DNA of 62,973 nt, counting the filler, from Reclinomonas americana ATCC 50394 (lineage: Eukaryota), in the NCBI GenBank assembly GCA_048213135.1. It is 52 parts of 52 records of this genome, joined end to end, with 100 filler letters (N's around TTAATTAATTAA, not from the genome) between each part and the next. Parts side by side here need not be neighbours in the genome. Positions count along the whole stretch, not along the records: positions 1 to 1,119 come from AFZH01026418.1; positions 1,220 to 2,340 come from AFZH01026419.1; positions 2,441 to 3,560 come from AFZH01026420.1; positions 3,661 to 4,779 come from AFZH01026421.1; positions 4,880 to 5,997 come from AFZH01026422.1; positions 6,098 to 7,215 come from AFZH01026423.1; positions 7,316 to 8,432 come from AFZH01026424.1; positions 8,533 to 9,649 come from AFZH01026425.1; 44 more parts are not named here. The stretch is one strand, 5' to 3'. The position numbers and the translations under genes are program-made. This document shows, piece after piece, positions 1 through 13,401 of the stretch; within the stretch, counting starts at the first letter, position 1; each line of letters starts with the position of its first letter. Below the pieces are notes generated by a model. That model saw nothing but the letters and a program-made list of their open reading frames with translations, did not search any database and was not told where the DNA came from.

Positions 1-1119
1 ACCAGCCGGAGCATCGCCGTCTCCGGTGTCACTGCCACTGCCACTGCCACTGCCACTGCCACTGCCGCCAGCATCGCCGTCTCCATCTCCAGTGTCCATG
101 GCATGCGCAGTGCTGCTGAGACGGCGCCGATGCTTGTCAAGGTAGTCCTTTTCTACTTGGAGAGCAGCTTCGGCGTGAACGAGACGCTCAGCAAGCCATT
201 GTCCGGCCTCCGACGTGGACCACGCGCCGCGGCCACTGGCACGCGCGCCGAGTGGGCAAGGCAGCGGTGCCTTCTTCTTCTCCTCCTTCTTCTCCTCCTT
301 CTTCTCCTCCTTCTTCTCCTCCTCCACCTGCTTGTGCTCCTTCTCCACTTCTTCCATCTCCTCATCTTGCTCATCCTGCAATGGCAAGAGAGACGTGTCA
401 GCAATCGAGAAGAGTGGCACAACGTCAACGTGACAACTTGCCACATGTGCGCACGCAACAGAGATCGGGAGGTCGCTGGCACGGGTTGGTTGTGGGTCAT
501 CTTCTTGCATCTCGACCACGACCTCCTCCTCTCCTTCTTTCGTGGCAACCATTTCCTCCTCGCCGTCCGCCTCCATCGCCACTACCTCGTCAGCGGCAGA
601 ATCCTCTTCCTGCGCGCACACAGCGTCAGAGTGGTGGTCAAAGCAAAGAGAACACCAATCACGCATGCATTGTCAACATGCATGCCTCCTCCTGCTGTGT
701 TCTCGAATCAAGAGCCATGGCGAGCGAACCATCGCCATGCCTTCCATCGAAAGTCACGCGCACGCCCTCCAACACCAGAGAGTGAACCAAACGAATCGCA
801 CGGGAAACTGTCCACAGGACGAATATCAAAATTGAGTACGAAGACAAGACTGCATGACATGCACGCGCGTGAACACACGTACCGTCTCGTTGATCGTCGC
901 GGGTGCTGGAACCGGCGTCACTCGGTTGTGGTGCGGCCGCCGGACGCGGCTTTCGCAAGTAGTCAGACGCGAGAAGCTGAAGTTCCTGTGCCGCAGCTGG
1001 TTGATCGGCAGGGCGAGCACGCCGCATGCTCTCTAGTTGTTGTTTCCAGGCAGTGCCGCATCGCATCTCCGAGTCCGCTGTGGCTTGTTTCACGGCCGAC
1101 CGCAGATATTTGACACTCA
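1..1119 (-). CDS. Fragment of an acidic, low-complexity eukaryotic protein (multi-exon, unidentified)
   Basis: The minus strand has E/K-rich segments (EEDSAADEVVAMEADGEEE; DEQDEEMEEVEKEHKQVEEEKKEE) bounded by GT..AG. Confidence 0.4.
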
Positions 1120-1219
1120 NNNNNNNNNNNNNNNNNNNNNNNNNNNNNNNNNNNNNNNNNNNNTTAATTAATTAANNNNNNNNNNNNNNNNNNNNNNNNN
1201 NNNNNNNNNNNNNNNNNNN
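1120..1219. other. Artificial contig linker (44 N + TTAATTAATTAA + 44 N); first of 51 that divide the window into 52 contigs
   Basis: The same 100-nt cassette with six-frame stops recurs about every 1.21 kb; contig lengths fall roughly from 1120 to 1106 nt, as in a length-sorted assembly. Confidence 0.99.
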
Positions 1220-1866
1220 AGAAGGGGGGAGGAGGTGAGGAGAGGGAGAAGGGAGGGGGAAGGGACAACTGAAAAGAATGAGTGTGTGTGTGAGAGAGAG
1301 AGAGTGGGGGGAGTGTGAGAGAATGAGTGAGTGAGAGACATTGAGGGAGAGTGAGTGAGTGTGAAGAAGCAAGAGAGTGAGTGAGTGAGTGAGTGAGTGA
1401 GAGAGAGTGGGAGTGAGTGAGAGAGTGAGTGAGAGAGTGAGAGAGTGAGGGAGTGAGGGAGTGAGTGTTTGTCAGAGATTTTCAGCTTAGAGAGCAGCAG
1501 CATTAAGCTCCCATCTGCCTCTCTCTCTCTCTGCCTCTCAATGTCTGTCTCTTCTTTCTTGTCATCTCTTCACTCTTTGCTCGCTCTCTTCTTTTCTTGC
1601 TCTCTCTATGTGTCTCTTATCTCTGTGTGTCTCTCTCTCTCTTGCTCTCTCAGTCTTTCTCAAACAAACTCCCCACTCTCTTCCTCTTTTGCCTTCCTCT
1701 CTCTTTCTCTCTTCATTGTCTGTTCTCTCACACTCAGGCAGTTTTACACTCACCTTTAATCTCTCTCTCTTGTGACTGAAAAAGGGGAGTTAGATCTTTG
1801 TTTGTAACGTTCGAAATTTTGGCGCGCATGACACGGGACGCAGGACACTTCTTTTCTTGCAAAGAA

Positions 1867-2256
1867 ATGGCGCGCACGGCTCTCCTCATCATCGTCACTG
1901 CTGCACTGCTGCTGCCCGTCGCACTGGCTACCTTTGGTGCGCACACTGGCCCCGTTTTTTTTGCTCGCTCCGACGTTTACGTTGTCACTCATTATTTTTC
2001 CCTCCACGCACAGGCCTCGACCTCTCGTACTTCCAGTTGCGTGCTCTCACACACTCACATGCACACACACACACACTGCGCTCACCCTCCACTCTCTCAC
2101 ACACATTTGCATTTTTCGGACAAACTTCTCACTCTCTCTCTCTCTCACTCTTTGCTCACTCTCACTTTTTTTTCAGAGGAAACGTGTCGCAAGACTCGTG
2201 GAACTGCTTGAAGCAGAATGGGCACAACTTTGCAATTGTGCAGGCCATGACCAGTG
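1867..2256 (+). CDS. Secreted GH25-family lysozyme, N-terminal part (exons 1867-1936, 2014-2035, 2177-2256)
   Basis: Spliced product MARTALLIIVTAALLLPVALATFGLDLSYFQGNVSQDSWNCLKQNGHNFAIVQAMTS: signal peptide, GxDxS motif and the W-x-C-L-K...FAIV segment of protist/nematode-type GH25 lysozymes. Confidence 0.8.
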
Positions 2257-2264
2257 GTGAGTAC

Positions 2265-2307
<43 letters not shown>

Positions 2308-3660
2308 GAGGGAGGGAGGGAGGAGTGTGTGTGAGAGAGANNNNNNNNNNNNNNNNNNNNNNNNNNNNNNNNNNNNNNNNNNNNTTAATTAATTAANNNN
2401 NNNNNNNNNNNNNNNNNNNNNNNNNNNNNNNNNNNNNNNNGTCGTTTTTGGATTCGTTTGTTGTGCCCGATGAGTTCCCGCCGCTGCCGTCGGCAGGACC
2501 GCAGCGCGGTGGCAGTCGTGGGCGATGAGTATCGTCGTAGAGGGAGTTTTTCCAAATTGTGAATAATGTTTGTGTGCGAGAAAAGAGTGAATGAGAGAGA
2601 ATGAGGAAGAAGTGGCTGTGTATGATTTGCATGCATCAGGTGATGGATGGGATGAACAGGAGAGAGAGAGGAGAGAGAGAAGAGAAGGAGACTGCTGTGC
2701 GTATGGTTTGAATTCGCAACGAACATGAGCGTGATTCGCTTCAGGGGCGACAAGAACAGCGAGAAGTGCTTTTCTGTGGTGTGGAAGTTGTGCACGCACG
2801 CTTTGCTTCCGCTTGATAGACAACGACTGCGCTGGTGGCGCCTCAACTGAACAATCAGGTAATTGCCTTTAGCCGTGCGCGACGGCAGAAACGTGCGTGG
2901 AGTTCATGCCACTGCTGACGCTGTGCTTCCTTCTCGGATCGGGACAATTGGCCTTGCACAGCTGAGCATGCGCCCAGCCCAGCCACCAGGCGTATTCCGA
3001 TGCAGATCGCAGCTCCAAGCGCGAATATGGCAAGGAAATGTGTGCTACCGTCGACACTGATGCGTTGGATATGCTTGCAACGTGCTAGTGTCGTGATTGT
3101 CGCGTCTGGCCGGATTTCAAGAGAAACGGGACCCGGCAAAGTTTGACTGCATCCAAAACCCTCCTTCATCGCTCACACGAGAATGAGCGATGAACTGGTG
3201 ACGACCGTTCTGCGCATTCGACGACCGCCCAGTGGAATTGGAAAGTCGGTGATCTTTGATGACATTGGTGCGTGTTGGGGAGACAGAGTGGCATGATGGA
3301 GAGTGTGTCGCTCACTCTCTCTCTCTCTCCTTCTCTTTGTGTGTGTGTATGTGTGTGTGTGTGTGTGCGTGTGTGTGTGATTCGCACAGAGTTCTGCTTG
3401 CCTGCGCGTTATGACCTGTCAGGCGTCGGTTTGTCTTGGTCGCGGTGCATAGTGGGATAGTGGTGTCGGCGTTGGACAAGGAGGTGTGTGAGAGATAGAC
3501 ATGGAGGGAGGGTGTGTGAGAGAGAGAACAGAGAGGAAGGGGAGAGTTGGCACAAGAAGANNNNNNNNNNNNNNNNNNNNNNNNNNNNNNNNNNNNNNNN
3601 NNNNTTAATTAATTAANNNNNNNNNNNNNNNNNNNNNNNNNNNNNNNNNNNNNNNNNNNN

Positions 3661-4149
3661 CTCCTTCGGGCGGCGGATGTCGGTGATCGTGACGCCGGCG
3701 AGCAGGCTCGCCGCGACGAATTCCGCGTCATCCGTCAGGAACTCGTGCAGGCCGTTGATGATGTGCATACCGCGGGCGATCCCGTCGAGCAGCACGGTGC
3801 GCTGGCCGGGTGAGAGCAGACCGTCGGCGGGCGCGACACCGCAGATCAGATAGTCGGGTACGTGTCCGGCGTGCGCGATCGCGGCGGTGAGGCCGTCGAG
3901 GATCGGAATGCCGATCGTCGTGCCGTCGAGCAGCATGCCGGCGTCCGCGCCCGCATGGGTGCTGTCGATGACGCTGAGGATCTCGTACTTCTCGGAGTGG
4001 CGGACCAGCCCGTTGGCGGTCTTGCCGTCCTGCTCACCGAACTGACCCTCGCAGTAGATGACTGCGGTCGTGCCGGTCGGGAGCTGCGGCTCGGCCCAGG
4101 AGTGGGCGGAGGAATCGCTCGAAGCAACGGGCAGGGATGGGTGAGACAT
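3661..4149 (-). CDS. DUF1611-domain protein, 3'-truncated (actinobacterial, Microbacterium-like)
   Basis: Sequence YCEGQFGEQDGKTANGLVRHSEKYEILSVIDS...GVAPADG...GMHIINGLHEFL; GAGGAG RBS; high GC3; no introns. Confidence 0.85.
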
Positions 4150-4364
4150 GGCTCTCCTCGGATCGCACAGAGGAGGCGACGGAGAACGAAATGGCCGAGA
4201 ACGGCCCGTTGGTCGACAAGAAGTCTTCCCTGATACCAGCAAGATGCCGGTTCGCTCACCGTAGCAGGGCGGCCTGGGACTCCGCCGCGAGCCGAGCAAT
4301 CCGATTCGCCGAGTGCGACGAATCATCTGTGAGCCGCGATCGCGGCGAAGCTCAAGGAGGAATC

Positions 4365-4751
4365 ATGCGTTTCATCCCCACCAAGGTCCACGGCATCCTC
4401 GACTACATCGTCGGCGTGGCCCTCATCGCTGCACCGTGGCTCTTCGGATTCGCCGGCATGGGCGGTCCTGCTGTCATCATCCCGATCGTGCTCGGTATCG
4501 GCCTGATCGTCTACAGCCTGTTCACCAAGTACGAGTGGGGCCCCTTCGGATTCATCCCGATGCCCGTCCACCTCGTGTTCGACATCGTCGCGAGCCTGTT
4601 CCTGGCGCTGTCGCCGTGGATCTTCGGGTTCTCCGGCGAAGCCCTGAACGTCTGGCTGCCGCACGTCGTGGTCGGCGCCGCGGTCATCGTGGTCGTGCTG
4701 TTCTCGCAGCCGCAGCCGGCGACCGCACGGGGCCGGGTCGCCACGGCCTGA
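4365..4751 (+). CDS. SPW-repeat small membrane protein (actinobacterial)
   Basis: AAGGAGG RBS at 4354-4360; motifs HGILDY...APWLFGF and H..FD...SPWIFGF; four hydrophobic segments. Confidence 0.85.
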   Translation: MRFIPTKVHGILDYIVGVALIAAPWLFGFAGMGGPAVIIPIVLGIGLIVYSLFTKYEWGPFGFIPMPVHLVFDIVASLFLALSPWIFGFSGEALNVWLPHVVVGAAVIVVVLFSQPQPATARGRVATA

Positions 4752-4879
4752 TCGTCACCTGCCGCAGAGGCGCTCCTGGNNNNNNNNNNNNNNNNNNNNN
4801 NNNNNNNNNNNNNNNNNNNNNNNTTAATTAATTAANNNNNNNNNNNNNNNNNNNNNNNNNNNNNNNNNNNNNNNNNNNN

Positions 4880-5126
4880 TGCGTCGCAAAGATCGGCGCC
4901 GGTGTCGCCGTGGTCTTGATGGGCGAGATGCGGGGCGACTCGGCGGCGGCAGCCGTGGTTCGCAACAGCGGCGGCGTGGCGTCCGTCACCACCGGCACCG
5001 CCGCCTTGCGCTGCTCCAACGCAGCCACCGACTGCCGCCGAAGCGGCTGTTCCTGCGCCCGTGCTTGCATTGTCTGCTGCACGGGCACAATCCTCTGCTG
5101 CTGCTGCTGCTGAGGATAATGCTGTC

Positions 5127-5164
<38 letters not shown>

Positions 5165-5265
5165 GGTGGCTGCCACGGCACAGCTACGACCGCCACGACC
5201 AGCACCACAACAAACACGACCAGTGTTGCAACATAGTGGGGACGAAGTCGATGGTTCGGCGTCAT
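4880..5265 (-). CDS. Eukaryotic type II membrane protein N-terminus (signal anchor plus polyQ stem), truncated
   Basis: MTPNHRLRPHYVATLVVFVVVLVVAVVAVPW followed by CAG-encoded polyQ. Confidence 0.5.
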
Positions 5266-5913
5266 GGTAAAGGCGCGCGGAGAATGCTACGCGACACCAG
5301 AGACGGAAGAAAAAGAAGAGATTGCTTGGCTGAAGGAAAGGCGAGGAACCAGGGATATACAAAACAACACGCCGTGTGTGATGTCCCTACTTCTCTCTCT
5401 CTCTCCTACAACGATGCTCAACAATTGTTGGTGGCCACGGAACAATGCGCCCGGGCACGTCGCCACGGAGTAACTCCATGCACAATCTCGGCCAACATGC
5501 AGAAAAAACCTAAAAGAACACCCACGTGCAGGGAGTCTCAGTGATAGTCACCACCGCGTGGTTCTGTTGCACGGAGAGGGAAGAGAGAGAGGGAGAGCGG
5601 GGGAGGAAAAAAGACGACGTCGCAGGACATACAATTGACGTCGACGTGTTTGTGAGAATGGTGTGCGTGGCTTGTGTCTTCCCTATCCTTTTGCTGGCAC
5701 TGCAAGGTGTGTTGCGGGTTCCACTCTACACACACAGAAAGAGAGAGACGCGCAGATTCGTTGTCTTTGTGTCTGACTCCGAGTCTCACAAACACTCTCT
5801 CTCTCTTACACACACACACACGCACAACCACACTGCACTGGTTGGTGCACCTGCACGCACTCTCTGAGTCACTGAACTGTTGTTGTCTCCTCTCTCTCTC
5901 TCACACACACATC

Positions 5914-5914
<1 letters not shown>

Positions 5915-5997
<83 letters not shown>
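5915..5997. repeat. (CA)n microsatellite at contig end; representative of many CA/GA tracts where the assembly breaks
   Basis: Read directly from the sequence. Confidence 0.95.
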
Positions 5998-6157
5998 NNN
6001 NNNNNNNNNNNNNNNNNNNNNNNNNNNNNNNNNNNNNNNNNTTAATTAATTAANNNNNNNNNNNNNNNNNNNNNNNNNNNNNNNNNNNNNNNNNNNNTCT
6101 GTGAAGTTGGAGAAGAAGATGAAAAAACAGGGACTGACTGTTTGTGTTGTTGTGTAG

Positions 6158-7137
<980 letters not shown>

Positions 7138-7357
7138 GTTGCGTTTTTTTATTTTTGCATGTCGCTCTCCCTTTGAGGTATCTGTACTCACGTGCAGTGT
7201 TCAGTGCACGCGCTCNNNNNNNNNNNNNNNNNNNNNNNNNNNNNNNNNNNNNNNNNNNNTTAATTAATTAANNNNNNNNNNNNNNNNNNNNNNNNNNNNN
7301 NNNNNNNNNNNNNNNGGTTCTCCTTCGCGGCGCTCATGGCGCCCTCCTCCCGCGCGT

Positions 7358-8323
7358 TCATCGCGCCCTCGTCCGGGGATCCATCGCTTCACGCAGCGCT
7401 TCACCCAGCAGGGTGAAGCCGAGCGCGGTGACCGCGATGCAGATACCGGGCAGGAAGGCCAGCCACGGTGCGATCGCGAGCTCCGCCTGCGCGTAGGTGA
7501 GCATGCGACCCCACTCCGCCGTCTCGGGGCGACCGCCGCCGAGACCGAGGAACGACAGCGCGGCCGCATCGATGACCGCGGTGGCCAGCGTCAGGGTTCC
7601 CTGCACGATGACCGGGCCGATGGCGTTGGGCAGCACGTGCGACATGGTGATCTGACCGCGGCCGAGGCCGAGCGTCTGCGCCGACAGCACGTAGTCGCTC
7701 GACCGCTGCTGCAGCATAGAAGCTCGCAGCAGACGGGCGAAGATCGGCACCTGCGAGGCGCCGATCGCGATCATGACCGCGAAGGGCGTCTGGCCGAGGA
7801 TGGCCGCGATCGACACGGCCAGCAGCAGGTTCGGCACCGACAGGATGATGTCGACGACACGCATGATGATCGTGTCGACCCATCCGCCGAAGGTGCCGGC
7901 CAGCAGGCCGAGGACCATGCCGCCGACCAGACCCATGGCCGTCGAGATCACGCCGATCAGGAGAGATGCCTGCGCGCCCCAGATGAGCTTGGAGAGCACG
8001 TCGCCGCCGAAGCGGTCGAGCCCGAGCGGGAACTCCGGCAGCTCACCGGGACCGGGGATGTGCGTCGGGGTGATGAACTTCGCCCCGGGGAGCGCGGTCT
8101 CCGGATACGGCGCCAGCAGCGGTGCGAGAGCGGAGACGAGGATGAAGGCGAGCACGATGGCCGCGCCGATCCATGCCGTCGGGTTGCGGCGGAGCCGACG
8201 GAACACATCGCTCCAGAATCCACCGGAGCCCTCTCTGAGGCCGGCCTGGGCGATCGCGACGGTGTCGATGGCGCCGCCGCTCTCCGCGGACGGTCCCTGC
8301 GCGGGTGGGAGTGCGACGCTCAT
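7358..8323 (-). CDS. dppC: Dipeptide/oligopeptide ABC transporter permease (DppC/OppC type), actinobacterial
   Basis: LGLDRFGGDVLSKLIWGAQ.SL, HVLPN, AALSFLGLG...EWG.ML, LGEALREAMDPR. Confidence 0.92.
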   Translation of the reverse strand: MSVALPPAQGPSAESGGAIDTVAIAQAGLREGSGGFWSDVFRRLRRNPTAWIGAAIVLAFILVSALAPLLAPYPETALPGAKFITPTHIPGPGELPEFPLGLDRFGGDVLSKLIWGAQASLLIGVISTAMGLVGGMVLGLLAGTFGGWVDTIIMRVVDIILSVPNLLLAVSIAAILGQTPFAVMIAIGASQVPIFARLLRASMLQQRSSDYVLSAQTLGLGRGQITMSHVLPNAIGPVIVQGTLTLATAVIDAAALSFLGLGGGRPETAEWGRMLTYAQAELAIAPWLAFLPGICIAVTALGFTLLGEALREAMDPRTRAR

Positions 8324-8357
8324 GATGCGGCCTCCTTGCGGACGATGGTGAGGGACA

Positions 8358-8432
8358 TCACTGCACTCTCACTCTCGGGTCGATGAAGCTGTAGGACACA
8401 TCCACCGCGAGGTTGATCAGCGCGTACGCGAT
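8358..8432 (-). CDS. dppB: C-terminus of the upstream ABC permease (DppB type)
   Basis: IAYALINLAVDVSYSFIDPRVRVQ* matches the conserved DppB C-terminus. Confidence 0.85.
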   Translation of the reverse strand: MAYALINLAVDVSYSFIDPRVRVQ

Positions 8433-8532
8433 NNNNNNNNNNNNNNNNNNNNNNNNNNNNNNNNNNNNNNNNNNNNTTAATTAATTAANNNNNNNNNNNN
8501 NNNNNNNNNNNNNNNNNNNNNNNNNNNNNNNN

Positions 8533-9430
8533 CGCGGAAGAGCAGCAGCGCCCCGGCGACGGCCCCGACCTCGTCACGGCGGCCGGTCTGAGGGATTGGT
8601 GTCTCGAGCTCGCCATTGGAGAGGCCGTCGATGCTGGTCTTGATCGCGGCGAGCGGCTTGATGACGCGCGAGACGATCAGTGCACCGGTGGCGAGGATCA
8701 GCGCGACCAGCGTGCCGAGCAGCAGGTTGAACACCCACTGGATCTGGTTGACCGTGGCGCCGGTGGCGGCGAGCAGGGCATTAGTACGCGCCTGGACCAG
8801 CCCGAAGAACTCGTCGACCGGCTTCATGATCTCGGCCTTCATCCGGTCGTAATCGGCCGAGAACAGCAGCTCGCGGGCGAGAGTGAGATCACGCTCCTTC
8901 TTGATCGTGTATTTGCCGCTGCCATCCTCGAACAGGCCCTTGGCGGCGTTGATGGCGCGAGTCTCGAGGGTGACGAGACCATCCGACTTGGCCGCGGCCT
9001 GGCCGAGCTTGGCGAATTCCTGGTCGGTGAAGCCGGCTTCCTTCATCGCGGTCAGCAGCGCCTTGGTCTCGCCGGGGCCGCGCGGGCGCACGGCATTGTC
9101 GAGGACGAGATCCCAATAGATCCGGTGCGGCTCGACCGGGCGCGGCTTCTCGCCGCTGCGCATGGCGATGACTTCGAGATATTGCTGCTCGTAGCGCGGG
9201 TTGCCGGTGACGGCGAAGGTGCGGGCCAGTCGCGTCAGGTCATCCGAGCTCTGCCGGAATTCATCGGCGAGCAGATAGGAGTTATAGGCTTGGCGATAGG
9301 CATTGGCGCGGGCGCCCACGGCCTGCTGCTGGAAATACCATGTTGCGATGATGGCCAGGATCAGGGCGGCGAAGAGGCCGGCGACGCAGAGGAAGACTTG
9401 TTTTATCGAGAGATTGGCAACCAGGCGCAT
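8533..9430 (-). CDS. Methyl-accepting chemotaxis protein, N-terminal sensor to HAMP, truncated (alphaproteobacterial-like)
   Basis: TM1, periplasmic SYLLADEFRQSSDDLTRLARTF...RIYWD sensor, TM2, HAMP (PL..I...GEL...IP...RRDEVGAVA.AL). Confidence 0.85.
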
Positions 9431-9749
9431 GCTTCTTGTTCCCAATTGGACATGAGACGAGGGTGGCCGGGCTGAAGGGCGCACGACCGGATTCGGAGCG
9501 GAAGATCAGTCGGCTGGGCGCCAGAACGAGCGCCTAGCTACGGAAACCTTGAAGCTGATGCGTTCGCGAAACGGCGGGAGCGCGCCGTTCCGGGAGAGTT
9601 GAACGCTGCTCCGGTCGAACATGCCGGTCTATCCAGGGTGCCGCTTTTTNNNNNNNNNNNNNNNNNNNNNNNNNNNNNNNNNNNNNNNNNNNNTTAATTA
9701 ATTAANNNNNNNNNNNNNNNNNNNNNNNNNNNNNNNNNNNNNNNNNNNN

Positions 9750-10235
9750 GGACAATGTGCCACCACTGGTCGGGACTGCTGGGGGCGGCGGGGGTGGAGG
9801 CGGCGGCTGCTGATGGGCGGTGGCGGCGGAGGCGGCGGTGGGTGCGGCCACGGCGGAGGCAGGCAAGAGGCCGACGGCTGGCGTCACCACCATTAGCATC
9901 GGCCCGAGCTGCATGTACATGCGGCGACACATGTCGACCGAGCGAGTGCCGAGTGCGAGGGAGATGCTGTCGAAATCGGTGCCGTGCACTTGCAGGAGGC
10001 GCATAAACACGGTGCGCTCGTGATCGGTCCACGGAAGGTCGCCACCGTCACCGCCACTGGCGGTGGGCGGAGCGGGCTCAGAAGGCACGTCCGAAGCCGC
10101 AATAGTAGCGGTGGCCGTCAATGACGTCTCGAGTTCGGCAGATGCAGCGGTAATGGTGACAGTGGCGGTGGCGGAAACCAGCGGCGGAAGAGTGGTGGCG
10201 GTGTCGCTGCTGGAGACGGGAACGTCGACGGACAT
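9750..10235 (-). CDS. SANT/Myb-domain protein, N-terminal part
   Basis: PWTDHERTVFMRLLQVHGTDFDSISLALGTRSVDMCRRMY fits the SANT consensus W...E...F......G..F..I...L.TRS...C. Confidence 0.8.
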
Positions 10236-10776
10236 GGCGCGGAGGACCAGGGCGTCGATCAGACTGCGAAAGGGGGAGGGAAGGTGAGCGAAGAGCAAAG
10301 GGGCATGAAGGGGAAGGTGGGAGAAGAGCAAAGGAGAAGGGAAGGCGAAAGAGATGGGACGCAGAAGAGTGCGAAGGAATAAATGAAAAGTGATGCGGGC
10401 GAAGATCAGAGCGAACACGGCAGAGCGAGAGGGAGAGAGAGAGAGAGAGAAGTGGGGGTGCGAAGTAAACGAACAAATGTCAGCAATCAGAAAAAAGACA
10501 GCAATCAAGAGAACAAGTCTCACTCCCCTCTCTGGTGTCCCCAATGCAATTCGCTGATGCTCATGCGAAAGGCAACGAACGTGCACGAAATGCAAGCACG
10601 GCGGACCGCAAAGAGAACACAGAGCAAGCAAGAGAACAATCGGAAGACAGGTGAGTCTCACTGCCTTCATGTTGCGCTGCTACTAATGCAACTCGCTGAT
10701 GTGAACAAGGGATGGCGAAACAAAGAAAAGCAAGAGATGCAGAGCGCAAGAAATAGCGGAGCGAACAGCGATGAAA

Positions 10777-10860
<84 letters not shown>

Positions 10861-11011
10861 AGTAGNNNNNNNNNNNNNNNNNNNNNNNNNNNNNNNNNNN
10901 NNNNNNNNNTTAATTAATTAANNNNNNNNNNNNNNNNNNNNNNNNNNNNNNNNNNNNNNNNNNNNAAGAGGCAAGCGCTCATCACTGTTTGATTGTGTAT
11001 GTGTGTGTTTG

Positions 11012-11046
<35 letters not shown>

Positions 11047-12243
11047 GTGAGCGCGTTTCGTTACCATCTGAGGGCGGCTTGATGCCAAACAGAAGCACGC
11101 TTTGCATGTTGTTGAGTGTCAAACTGATAGACATGCAAATCAGTCACAGTGAGTGAGAGACAGTGAGAGAGAGGGAGCAAGATTCGCGTACCTCTGCGTC
11201 TCTCTCTTGGTGACAGTGGAGACTGCGTGCGCGCGCTTGCTATCTGTGATGGAAGAGAGTCGCTCGCTCACTTGTGTCCCATCATCGATATCAACGTCGA
11301 CGTCGAGGATATTCCGCCGACGAAGCTGCGATCAAGAGCAGCCGGTGGAAAGTGCATCCTTGATGCGGTAATTAAGTACGTTTACTCGCGGACCTTGGGC
11401 GTCGATGATTTCGACCGATAACTTCGAATCTTTGCAACGTAGGCCGCTGACAACAAAACAACTACAAATTCATTCACCAACAAACAAGCAACAGCTGTCT
11501 TGATGACCAAGTTCAACCGCCATTGAAGTTCTGCATGCACAAAATCGAGCGCATCCTTCTTCTGCATCAACAACAGTGTGCTTACTTGCGGGGGTTTGGC
11601 AATCCTTGAAGTCATTGTCCTGCACCACATTCCAATAATGCCACAAATCCCTTGCCAATGATGACCTTGGCACACCAACAATATACGATAACACATAATT
11701 ACTTCTCCAACCGTCAGGAGGCAAAGCCTTTCTGCGCGCGCGCTCCACCATTGGCCCTTGAGCGACCCTTTACCCTTGCATTGACCGTTGAAGGGTGATC
11801 AATAACCCGTACGTTCCTGCTTCCACTTGTGCGGCTCGCAAGCTCAGGCGACTGAAACTGCAAAAGCCGTGGTGATGACGGAGCCAGGATGCTGCTTGAA
11901 AATATTGACTTCCCCTCCCGTCCTCGTCGACTCGGAATCTGGGCTCTCTGCGTACGCCCTCAACCCTTGACCCATCTACTTTCACCCTCGTCCGGTGACT
12001 CTTGGGCCTCTGAACGGCGCTATTCGCGGGATAGCAGAGCCCTCTGTTTCTCTCTTTCCATCTCCCTCTCCCTTCCCTCCACTNNNNNNNNNNNNNNNNN
12101 NNNNNNNNNNNNNNNNNNNNNNNNNNNTTAATTAATTAANNNNNNNNNNNNNNNNNNNNNNNNNNNNNNNNNNNNNNNNNNNNTTTCTGAAGTTGGAGAA
12201 GAAGGTGAAAAAACAGGGACTGACTGTTTGTGTTGTTGTGTAG

Positions 12244-13221
<978 letters not shown>

Positions 13222-13401
13222 GTTGCGTTTTTTTATTTTTTGAATGTCGCTCTCCCTTTGAGGAATCTGTACTCACGTGCAGTGTGCAGTGCACGCACTG
13301 NNNNNNNNNNNNNNNNNNNNNNNNNNNNNNNNNNNNNNNNNNNNTTAATTAATTAANNNNNNNNNNNNNNNNNNNNNNNNNNNNNNNNNNNNNNNNNNNN
13401 T

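Noticed and set aside
1164..1175. TTAATTAATTAA recurring every ~1.2 kb as a biological repeat
   Set aside because: Always centred in N runs; it is an artificial six-frame-stop linker.
1168..1779. ORFs made of SL/HT/RE/CV dipeptide runs, here and throughout the window
   Set aside because: They are translations of microsatellites and low-complexity tracts.
1817..1827. E2F-like site TTTTGGCGCGC before the lysozyme gene
   Set aside because: A single short match with no supporting context.
10966..12083. Possible degenerate mobile element or gene
   Set aside because: No recognisable domain, terminal repeat or consistent exon chain; left unannotated, as are 2441-3560, 21902-22840 and 40100-40940.
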